Shown: positions 1-7,244 of the stretch, piece after piece
How positions within the stretch are numbered: position 1 is the stretch's first letter
Layout: each line of letters starts with the position of its first letter
NCBI GenBank assembly: GCA_028289135.1
Contig: JAQGGW010000008.1
Location: 34,385 to 98,384, forward strand
Direction of reading: 5' to 3'
Source of the DNA: Candidatus Saccharimonadota bacterium
Lineage (GTDB): Bacteria > Patescibacteriota > Saccharimonadia > Saccharimonadales > JACDBH01
Length of the DNA stretch: 64,000 bases
Notes under the pieces: generated by a model
What the model was told of the DNA's origin: nothing
The model's database searches: none
What the model saw: only the letters and a program-made list of their open reading frames with translations
Program-made: the position numbers and the translations under genes

Positions 1-25
1 AGCTAAACAATATAAGGAGCAAGTA

Positions 26-436
26 ATGGGATACATATTTATTGCCGGCTACATTTTACTGGTAGGTATCGCTACGTTCTTAATGAAGGTCAGCCTAAAA
101 AGTCTTAGCCCATACCAGCTAAATTTCCTGATGGGCATCGGCATGCTTATCACCGGACTTCCAGCACTATTAATCGCTCATAGGTCTTTTAAAATGCCGG
201 TCAAAGAACTGCCGATGGGCATAGTTATTGGCATCATGATGGCCGTAGGCTCTATCCTGTTTGTGCTGGCAATTAACAAACTATCGGCTAGTGTTGCCTC
301 CGTCATGGCAGCAACCTATGTTGGCGTAGTAATTATTCTTTCGTGGCTTTTTCTCAAAGAAAGTTTTGATGCGATTAAGTTAGTTGGTGTTGCTTTAACG
401 TTTATCGGCGCACTGCTACTAACATACAAGGCTTAG
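26..436 (+). CDS. EamA/DMT-family small membrane transporter (single EamA domain)
   Basis: 136 aa, ~5 hydrophobic helices, 'ILSWLFLKESF...KLVGVAL' EamA-type C-terminus; AAGGAG RBS upstream. Confidence 0.75.
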   Translation: MGYIFIAGYILLVGIATFLMKVSLKSLSPYQLNFLMGIGMLITGLPALLIAHRSFKMPVKELPMGIVIGIMMAVGSILFVLAINKLSASVASVMAATYVGVVIILSWLFLKESFDAIKLVGVALTFIGALLLTYKA

Positions 437-1036
437 TTATAATTCGGCAACAACGCGGGCGGGTGCCCCGTCTAGGCCAAGTTTTATTGGCAAGGCGTAG
501 AGCTTAAACTCTTTACCAATTAGCTGTATCATATTTGTAAGGTTTTCGATGATTAATATATCGTTTCCAAGCAAAATTTTATGTATCGGAAAGTCATCTT
601 TATTATCAACGCTGCAGGCATCAAGCCCTACCATTTTTAGCTTTTTAGTGACGAGGTAATTTGCAACTTCTTCTGACATGACTGGGTAGTTTTCGTAATA
701 GGCTTTATCAAAATATTTATCACTCATTTTTGTGCAAAACAGCACTATTCCGCCTTCTTGAATACCGGCCGTTTTTACTGCGTCAAAACCGTCTGAAACA
801 TCAATGCACTGGGCACTGCCCGCAAAACGATCCAGCTCAAACTTATCCAATGATTTCCCGCTCTCAATCATATGCATAGGCGCGTCAATATGCGTCCCGA
901 CATGCGTACCAACAGAAACGTAGTGGTCACACCAACCATCCTTTGCCAGCACACCAGCGGGCTTGATAGCTGTCTTTGGGTCGCCAGGATAAACGGGCGT
1001 TTGTTCATTTAGCAGGACAGAGAGGTCTATAAACAT
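437..1036 (-). CDS. Cyclase family (kynurenine formamidase-like) metal-dependent hydrolase
   Basis: 'IDLS...PVYPGDP', HxGTHxDxPxH motif (HVGTHIDAPMH), 'IIENL', 'DGAPARVVA'. Confidence 0.9.
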   Translation of the reverse strand: MFIDLSVLLNEQTPVYPGDPKTAIKPAGVLAKDGWCDHYVSVGTHVGTHIDAPMHMIESGKSLDKFELDRFAGSAQCIDVSDGFDAVKTAGIQEGGIVLFCTKMSDKYFDKAYYENYPVMSEEVANYLVTKKLKMVGLDACSVDNKDDFPIHKILLGNDILIIENLTNMIQLIGKEFKLYALPIKLGLDGAPARVVAEL

Positions 1037-1066
1037 GTTGGTATTGTAGCAAACGCTTGCTGCTAT

Positions 1067-1582
1067 TTAATCGATTTGTATAATCCCTAAAAGAGCTTCC
1101 ATTTTGTTTGTTGAATCAATAAATGCGAACCCATCATCTTTGATATCTTCACGCCCCTCGTATTTATGCGTTACTTGCTGCATTTGATTGGCATCATAAA
1201 TCATCACGATGTCGATACGGACTGGGTAGCCATGGATGGCTTTGGCGCTGTGATAAAAACCCCATACTATTTTAGAAAAAACTTCACTTCCGGGCGTGAT
1301 AGTTTCGGGGAATGCGAAAAGGTCGATATGCTTGCCTTCTACATTTTCGTACCTATCGCCTGTTCTTTGTGGGTCATACCGGTCTGTACCAGTTTTCTGG
1401 ATTATCTCAACAAGTTCATCAACGGTTTTACCTTGGTGTTCAGATGATGCTACACCGCGTACCAAAATTGATTTGCCCATAAAGTTTTTCTTTAATTCGT
1501 CGTCAACTATTTTCCCAATAGCTTTGTCGTCCGGCTCAGAATCAACGGTATATTGCGGGATATTTAACTTGATGAGCTTCAT
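1067..1582 (-). CDS. Hypothetical protein
   Basis: 171-aa ORF; TGcTATGAT -10 element 6 nt before the ATG; no family recognised. Confidence 0.7.
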   Translation of the reverse strand: MKLIKLNIPQYTVDSEPDDKAIGKIVDDELKKNFMGKSILVRGVASSEHQGKTVDELVEIIQKTGTDRYDPQRTGDRYENVEGKHIDLFAFPETITPGSEVFSKIVWGFYHSAKAIHGYPVRIDIVMIYDANQMQQVTHKYEGREDIKDDGFAFIDSTNKMEALLGIIQID

Positions 1583-1632
1583 GACATCATCATAGCAAAT
1601 GTTTAAATCCAGTTAGCATGGCCTTACAAGGC

Positions 1633-2229
1633 TTAACCACCGCAGCCACAAGATGTATATTTCTTGTATGACACATGGCTTAAATCTACTGCTTGCATAG
1701 AATCAAAGACTTGGTCCCAATTGTAATCAAGATATTTAACTATAACAGAGTCATTTACCTGAATATTAATATCGGTTTTTCCCTCAGTCCAGCTAAGCTC
1801 CAGGCCGAATGGCTTGCTATTATAATTGTTATACCAAATGCGGTATGAGCGACCTTTGGGTGTTTGGTGGATAGCGCAAAATCCACCATAGCCCCGGCAA
1901 GTTACCGTATCAGGTGCTGAGTCCGTCTTTTGGTTTTCATTAATTGTTAAGTCCTTACTGTTTAGCAATAATGAGTAGTGAAAGTCCCAGATATCCATAC
2001 CGGGAATATGTTGCCTGGTTAATGATTGCCCTGTGATTTTAATATTGTTAGGCAATACGGTAGGTCTGTAGCCTGCAAAACCCGGATGCGCAGGGGCGCC
2101 GAAACCAACGTAGGTGTCGTACATAAAAAACGAGATAACTACGACTATCAAGGTTAATATAGCCACGGCAGTCCATATAATAATCTTAGTGGGCTTTTTT
2201 AGTTGTTTAAATCTAGATAGTAACTTCAT
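1633..2229 (-). CDS. Hypothetical membrane-anchored protein
   Basis: Basic N-terminus followed by one TM helix; ATG at 2229 preferred over TTG at 2253. Confidence 0.65.
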   Translation of the reverse strand: MKLLSRFKQLKKPTKIIIWTAVAILTLIVVVISFFMYDTYVGFGAPAHPGFAGYRPTVLPNNIKITGQSLTRQHIPGMDIWDFHYSLLLNSKDLTINENQKTDSAPDTVTCRGYGGFCAIHQTPKGRSYRIWYNNYNSKPFGLELSWTEGKTDINIQVNDSVIVKYLDYNWDQVFDSMQAVDLSHVSYKKYTSCGCGG

Positions 2230-2377
2230 TTGGCTAAATTTCTCCGGCTTCAATTAATCTTGGGTCTATTTGCATACCTTAATCTTAGCAGTTGTATATT
2301 CGGGATTGGGTAACCCTTCGTGTCTATGGTCCATGCCGTACAATGAAGCCGTATGCCAAAGAGTTAAAAACTGCCCA

Positions 2378-2406
2378 AAATTAGAAGAACACCCCGAAGA
2401 GTGTTC
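2378..2406 (-). terminator. Intrinsic terminator
   Basis: Minus strand GAACACTC-TTCG-GGGTGTTC followed by TTCTAATTTT; one G.U pair, UUCG loop. Confidence 0.7.
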
Positions 2407-2457
2407 GTTGTTGCGTCCGTGTTAGTAATAAATTACTAAACTCGTTCGGCTTACACT
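2378..2457 (-). ncRNA. Putative DUF3800-associated small structured RNA
   Basis: Lies between a consensus sigma70 promoter (2464-2492) and a cUUCGg-capped terminator hairpin (2387-2406); internal inverted repeat TTAGTAAT-N2-ATTACTAA at 2422-2439; directly 3' of a DUF3800 gene; ends approximate. Confidence 0.6.
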
Positions 2458-2463
2458 ACTGAT

Positions 2464-2492
2464 ATTATACAGAACCATATAATACATTACAA
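2464..2492 (-). promoter_or_regulatory. Sigma70-type promoter for the small RNA
   Basis: TTGTAA (2492-2487), 17-nt spacer, TATAAT (2469-2464); starts 5 nt after the DUF3800 stop codon. Confidence 0.65.
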
Positions 2493-2497
2493 GAACA

Positions 2498-3130
2498 TTA
2501 TTTTCCAAATTTACCAACTGGGAACTCAATGATCTCCTCTATTCTTGGAGCAACAATGCTTAAAAGGTGTTTGTTATTATCGGCATACCTCCTGTAAGCC
2601 ACATGAGTTAAAAGATCAGCCGCCTGCAGACAATAAACAAGATGCGATTCTTTTCTTTTGACCTCAAGTTTGTGAGTAAATCCCCAATCTACGGCCGCTT
2701 TTATCATAAGGTAATCTGCGATTGAGGTTAGGGAGGTCTGCTTCACGTCTCGTGCATCAAAGGTTATGGTTATGTCATCATTGTACTTTTTAAGTATTCG
2801 TTTTATTAGAACCCCGCTAAGATACATATAGTCCAGGTTAGTACCAAGCCCTGTTTTAAGGTGTTTTTTATCAAGAGCCATGATGAAAATCTCATGATCA
2901 GTTCTTAAGGCAACTTTGTTAAGCAACGTTTGTAGCTGCTCAAAGGACAAACTGCTACTTTTAATTTCTCTAAGAGGAATACCGTCTTCGCTAAATTTTA
3001 AACATGCTTTTTTGAAGATTCTTTTGAGTCTTTCCTTTGAATGCGGCTCGGAACAAACCACAGCAGAAATAATAAAATATTTCCCTCGCTTCCCTTGGTT
3101 GCCTGACTCATCAATAAATACTTCAATCAT
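2498..3130 (-). CDS. DUF3800 domain protein (RNase H-like fold)
   Basis: N-terminal 'FIDESG', central 'EIK', 'TFDAR', C-terminal 'S...LQAADL' (QxxD). Confidence 0.85.
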   Translation of the reverse strand: MIEVFIDESGNQGKRGKYFIISAVVCSEPHSKERLKRIFKKACLKFSEDGIPLREIKSSSLSFEQLQTLLNKVALRTDHEIFIMALDKKHLKTGLGTNLDYMYLSGVLIKRILKKYNDDITITFDARDVKQTSLTSIADYLMIKAAVDWGFTHKLEVKRKESHLVYCLQAADLLTHVAYRRYADNNKHLLSIVAPRIEEIIEFPVGKFGK

Positions 3131-3254
3131 TAAAATATTATACCATATGCATTATTATCATAATTTTGTTTATAACGCACTCAAAAAAATTTATGTTATA
3201 ATATTATTTACAGATTAAATAAGTTAAAAAAACACATTTTATAATATACTTTTA

Positions 3255-3420
3255 GGACTGAGCAGGCCATGTATCTGTGCGCCGAGTGGACTCGGGCACG
3301 AGACTCATGAACGAACTCAGCGACCTTATCCCGCCTTTGGCGGGACGGTCGACAGTTTCGGGACCAGCCCAGAAGCCAAAGAAAAAGACCCACCTTTCGG
3401 TGAGTCTTTTTCTTTGGCTC
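3255..3420 (-). repeat. tRNA-linked structured repeat, copy A
   Basis: Shares blocks with copy B (ATCTGTGCGCCGAG, CTCGGGCACGAGACT, AACGAAC, AGCGACCTTA, GGTCG, AGCCAAA...TTTGGCTC); three hairpins. Confidence 0.8.
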
Positions 3421-3445
3421 TCGGTAGTGGACGACGTTAGAACTA

Positions 3446-3715
3446 CTATTCTGGATGTTGTTCATGTCTAAATATGTTTGTGACCGTTGCGATGTGTGTT
3501 GGGGCGGGGCTTATTTCCGGTTCCGTATTTCTAAACGGACAGCTTAAACAGCCCAGAGCATTAGCTATAGTAAGCATCTTATCATTGGTATCAAAATCTA
3601 GAGGAATTAAATCCACACCTTCCGGAAATCTCATGCACTTAAATAATGGTCCGTTTTCCATTGTTCGATTCGGACAATTACGTAGCGCCTTAAGTGCTTT
3701 CCTATCTTCAAACAT
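3446..3715 (-). CDS. Small hypothetical Cys-containing protein (89 aa) between the two repeats
   Basis: ATG at 3715 (MFEDRKALK...) after AT-rich promoter-like DNA; C..C..CxxC residues. Confidence 0.45.
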   Translation of the reverse strand: MFEDRKALKALRNCPNRTMENGPLFKCMRFPEGVDLIPLDFDTNDKMLTIANALGCLSCPFRNTEPEISPAPTHIATVTNIFRHEQHPE

Positions 3716-3755
3716 AAAACAAAAAATACCACAAAAGTGATATTTTGTAAAGTCC

Positions 3756-3774
3756 TTGGCTCGGGGGACTGGGC
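3756..3774 (-). repeat. 19-bp exact direct repeat of the tRNA-Asn 3' end
   Basis: TTGGCTCGGGGGACTGGGC at 3756-3774 is identical to 3923-3941. Confidence 0.9.
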
Positions 3775-3929
3775 AAGGCGGCAAATCTGTGCGCCGAGAG
3801 GCTCGGGCACGAGACTTGCCAACGAACCTAGCGACCTTAAATTTTGCCAGAGCAAAATTTGGTCGCTGGTCGGGCCAATCTCAGAGCCAAATAAAAACCA
3901 CCTCCGGAGAGGTGGATTTTATTTGGCTC
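3766..3929 (-). repeat. tRNA-linked structured repeat, copy B
   Basis: Same block order and hairpins as 3255-3420, with different but still pairing stems. Confidence 0.8.
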
Positions 3930-3998
3930 GGGGGACTGGGCTCGAACCAGCGACCTAGACGTTAACAGCGTCCCGCTCTACCACTGAGCTACCCCCGA
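3924..3998 (-). tRNA. tRNA-Asn (GTT), CCA encoded
   Basis: Reverse complement TCGGGGGTAGCTCAGTGGTAGAGCGGGACGCTGTTAACGTCTAGGTCGCTGGTTCGAGCCCAGTCCCCCGAGCCA folds as a cloverleaf with anticodon GTT. Confidence 0.97.
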
Positions 3999-4129
3999 TT
4001 ATACCGCTTTTGCTTGCCGGCAGTTACAACAAGTTACAGAGAGAGATTATAGTTCCTTATCTGTAAATCGTCAATCTGTTTTATGGGACATACTTGCAAT
4101 TATATGCTTTTTATTTTAAAATCTATATT

Positions 4130-4666
4130 ATGATTCATTTGCCTGAGTTTAACTATGTTGGCATTGGAGCCAATAGTGAAGCCGAGATGATAGAGGCAAT
4201 TACCGGTATGCCGCCTCTTAGAATTGGCCAGGCAGCCATTGTTGCAAACGTTGAGCTATGCACTCAAACTATCAAAGAAATCCCGTCCACACCTCCTACG
4301 CCTGGTATGCCTTCAGCCGTTGATGTTTTGACGCGCGGCTGGGGTGAAGATATAAATATGGATAAGTTTGAAGCTTATACGCCAAGACAAATACGGTGGG
4401 CTACAACAAAAGGAACACTTTTTGCGCTAGAACGTGAAGCCTTGGATGCTGTTTGGAATTGGCAGCTAGTCGAATTTGATTGGTTTGAGCCAGTAAGGGT
4501 AGAAGCAGCCCCTGTTACGCGCGGGGAAAGCATACAGGTTTGGACTGAGTTAATTAAAGGAAACCAACCGGTAGCTAGGACCCCTGACGGCAGGAACTAC
4601 CGCCCCTACTTGATGGGTGAAAAGTTAACGCTCGCAAAAGCTGTAAAAGCCCGCTTAGCTGCTTAA
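4130..4666 (+). CDS. Hypothetical protein, possibly gamma-glutamylcyclotransferase-like fold
   Basis: 'YVGIGAN' resembles the GGCT YxGYGSN start; 'KGTLFALEREALDAV'; TTGCAA-17-TAAAAT promoter 7 nt before ATG 4130. Confidence 0.45.
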   Translation: MIHLPEFNYVGIGANSEAEMIEAITGMPPLRIGQAAIVANVELCTQTIKEIPSTPPTPGMPSAVDVLTRGWGEDINMDKFEAYTPRQIRWATTKGTLFALEREALDAVWNWQLVEFDWFEPVRVEAAPVTRGESIQVWTELIKGNQPVARTPDGRNYRPYLMGEKLTLAKAVKARLAA

Positions 4667-4672
4667 AACTAG

Positions 4673-5143
4673 TTAACTTTCTGAACCCGCAATCGGCGCG
4701 TTTTCCTTAACCAAAGTAAGCCGTGGCACTAGTGCGCGCACAGCATCGTCAAGACCAAGTACGTGCAGCGCGCCGATTAATACATAGGCATCGTCCATCT
4801 TTTTGGCGGCCGGGGCGGTACTGGCTTCAAGCTCTGCCAGCACGGCGTGGACTTGCTCAACCAACCACTTAGCCTCATGCTCCAAGATCGACGCCGCTTT
4901 GTCGCCAAGGCCCAGCTCAACACCAACGACTTCCAAAGACCGCGCCGAACGGTCGCGCTTGCGCAGATGCCCGCGTTTGATCAAATTGTTAACATGAAGC
5001 GCAACAGTCGCAACAGAGGTGTAGCCAAGCCCGTTCATGATTTCACGATAGCTGGGACTATAACCATTTTCTTTGATAAAAGACTCAATAAAGCCCAAAA
5101 GTTCACGCTGTTTTTTGGTTGGCCGAACGGTATTTGGATCCAT
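4673..5143 (-). CDS. LexA-type DNA-binding domain protein lacking the S24 peptidase domain
   Basis: 'TKKQRELLGFI...GYSPSYREIM..LGYTSVATVALHVNNLIKRGHL....SARSLEV' matches the LexA wHTH; ATG 5143 abuts the upstream stop. Confidence 0.8.
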   Translation of the reverse strand: MDPNTVRPTKKQRELLGFIESFIKENGYSPSYREIMNGLGYTSVATVALHVNNLIKRGHLRKRDRSARSLEVVGVELGLGDKAASILEHEAKWLVEQVHAVLAELEASTAPAAKKMDDAYVLIGALHVLGLDDAVRALVPRLTLVKENAPIAGSES

Positions 5144-5144
5144 A

Positions 5145-5615
5145 TTAACGCTTCCTCCGCGGCTTAACGCCTTTTTTATGACTCTCTGGGAAAACCCAAA
5201 ACCGGTACCAGCAATAGTTCCAAACCGTAAAGAACCCGCTCGATACAAACTGGCCAAGATACGGTGTTAGCCCGGCACTCTTTAGCATAGCAACAATTAA
5301 GTAATCCAGCACAAAATCGACGAGCGTAATAAAAATATAGCGGGCGTTTGTCTTGGCCAAATGTTCTTTGAGGTGCGGGTTTTTAAATACCCAGAAGCGC
5401 TGGAGCAGGTAGTTGATGACCCAGCCAAAAACGTTGGCTGCAAGCTTTGCCCACCAAAGGCTGAGGTGAAGACCCTTGTCGGCCGCAAAAAAGATGAGGT
5501 AGCCAGTCCAGAAATAGGCCCCGCCGCTGATCATATACTCAACGAACTGGATAATAAGGCGCTTTTTGCGCTTTTGCGAGGCCTTGGACGGTTTCGAAGA
5601 TTTGGACGTTTTCAT
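5145..5615 (-). CDS. GtrA-family protein (lipid-linked sugar flippase-like)
   Basis: Four TM helices, 'NYLLQRFWVF' and 'WNYCWYRFWVF'. Confidence 0.85.
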   Translation of the reverse strand: MKTSKSSKPSKASQKRKKRLIIQFVEYMISGGAYFWTGYLIFFAADKGLHLSLWWAKLAANVFGWVINYLLQRFWVFKNPHLKEHLAKTNARYIFITLVDFVLDYLIVAMLKSAGLTPYLGQFVSSGFFTVWNYCWYRFWVFPESHKKGVKPRRKR

Positions 5616-5831
5616 AATTTTCTTAAAATTCGTTACGGCTTACGTACAATAGTGCAGTCCAGGATGAAAGCCGAGCACAAAAGTTGAGATGTATTTAACA
5701 TACATTGAGACTTTTTGACGCAGGCTTTCGCCTGGAATGTGCATTGTACGTAAGCCATAACTAAGAGCTTACGGTTATCTAATGGTAGCATATGCCTAGG
5801 TGCTTGAGATACAATACCCCTATAAATACTC

Positions 5832-7223
5832 ATGAAAAAACTTGACCTGCATAAACTCCGATTCTGGCTTTTTACCACCCTGCTAGTTACCGCGCCCCTG
5901 TCAAAATATCCTTCCATAGCCTCCCCGCTGTACAATTTTAGCTCTTTTAGGATCGGTTTTTACCCTGTTCTGTCCCTGTTATTTGTACTTTGCACTTTCC
6001 CATTTAGTCTCAAATCGTTATCAAAGCTATACCAGCAGTCCCGTACTAGCATTTTAAGTATTGCAGTATTAGTATTTGTATCTCTTATGGGACTGACGAC
6101 AGCAATATATAAAGCCCGCTCTATCCTTTTGGTGTTATCCGTATTGATGCTGCTTTGTTTGCTTGTATCGGCATGGTCATACATTAAAAGTGAACTCTCT
6201 CCTAACAAATACCCTCAACTCGTTAAAGCAGTCTTGATTGCAGGGTGCGTTTATGGAGTAGTTTCCGTGCTTCAATTTAGTTTTGCGGGCTTTGGCCACG
6301 AATCTTTTGGCCTGTTATGTAGTGGCTGTAACAGCCAGGTGTTTGGCTTCCCTCGTATTAGTGGTTTTGCTGCCGAGCCGCAGTTCCACGCGAATGCTCT
6401 TTTGATTTACTACTTTATTGGACTGGGTGTTTTTTATAGCTCACGCTCAAGGCTTGCGCTTAGCTCCGCTGTTTTGTCACTAATTGGGATTGGTCTAACA
6501 TTTTCCAGAGGAGCCTACTTAGCAGCCGGCCTCAGCTCTGTACTCTTTTTTATTTTGCTACGCCTACAGAAGCTGGTACAAATAAAGACCGTTGCATTGC
6601 ATTTCGGCATACTAGTTGTTGCCGTATTTATTGTGGCCGGCTTGTTTATCGCCTCTTCAAGCTACCGCTACCGTTCTACGCCGGATATAGCCTATAAAAC
6701 CTTCCGTAGTATGGTGCAGCAGGCGAGTCTGAATGTAATAAAACTACCTGAGAGCAAAAGTACTATCGGCTTTATGCCTTCTGGTTTGGTACAGGCATCA
6801 GGACAGGAGCGGATAGGCGCAGCAAACTTGGCTATTAAAGCCTGGAACTTTAACTTTCGCACAAGAGTGTTTGGGGTCGGACTTGGTAACTTAGGTCCGT
6901 TTACTATCCAAAATATCTCTGCGAACGTTCCTGAAAACCTTACTGTTTATATATACTACATCCTAGTTCTGAGCGAGCTTGGGATTGTAGGACTTTTTGC
7001 ACTCCTAAGTATGTTTGCGGGTACGCTTAAAGGTTTTATGAAACGATTTTGGAATAGTAAGAATGCGGCTGTGTATTCTGGCATATTTTGCCTTGGTATA
7101 GCGTTTTTAATACAATATTGCTTCTTCGGCAGCTATATTAATGTGCCTTACATTTGGCTCTGGTTCGGAATAATCCTTGGGCTTAGTCCAAAAGTGCGTA
7201 ATAGCGCTACACTTGAGATCTAA
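5832..7223 (+). CDS. O-antigen ligase/Wzy_C-like membrane protein
   Basis: ~12 TM; 'RISGFAAEPQ', 'LTFSRGA', 'FGVGLGN', 'LSELGIVG'. Confidence 0.8.
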   Translation: MKKLDLHKLRFWLFTTLLVTAPLSKYPSIASPLYNFSSFRIGFYPVLSLLFVLCTFPFSLKSLSKLYQQSRTSILSIAVLVFVSLMGLTTAIYKARSILLVLSVLMLLCLLVSAWSYIKSELSPNKYPQLVKAVLIAGCVYGVVSVLQFSFAGFGHESFGLLCSGCNSQVFGFPRISGFAAEPQFHANALLIYYFIGLGVFYSSRSRLALSSAVLSLIGIGLTFSRGAYLAAGLSSVLFFILLRLQKLVQIKTVALHFGILVVAVFIVAGLFIASSSYRYRSTPDIAYKTFRSMVQQASLNVIKLPESKSTIGFMPSGLVQASGQERIGAANLAIKAWNFNFRTRVFGVGLGNLGPFTIQNISANVPENLTVYIYYILVLSELGIVGLFALLSMFAGTLKGFMKRFWNSKNAAVYSGIFCLGIAFLIQYCFFGSYINVPYIWLWFGIILGLSPKVRNSATLEI

Positions 7224-7244
7224 TATATAATCAGGCTTCTCTGG

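Noticed and set aside
3255..3420. Second functional tRNA gene in repeat A or B
   Set aside because: No D-arm or acceptor 5' strand; T-loop interrupted by a ~45-nt hairpin; copy A lacks CCA
3255..3929. CRISPR array or classical integron attC interpretation of the repeats
   Set aside because: Only two ~165-nt diverged units; no short identical repeats with spacers; no cas or intI gene; no clear RYYYAAC/GTTRRRY ends
3208..3965. Short ORFs overlapping the repeats and tRNA (3208-3465, 3277-3471, 3631-3855, 3737-3958, 3756-3965)
   Set aside because: They run through hairpin repeats or the tRNA antisense strand and are best explained as shadow ORFs
4673..5257. ORF-track upstream starts for the lexA-like gene (5257), and likewise 14320, 17546, 20634, 35966, 44360 and 46393
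   Set aside because: Most overlap neighbouring genes; downstream ATGs give better coupling, RBS or signal peptides
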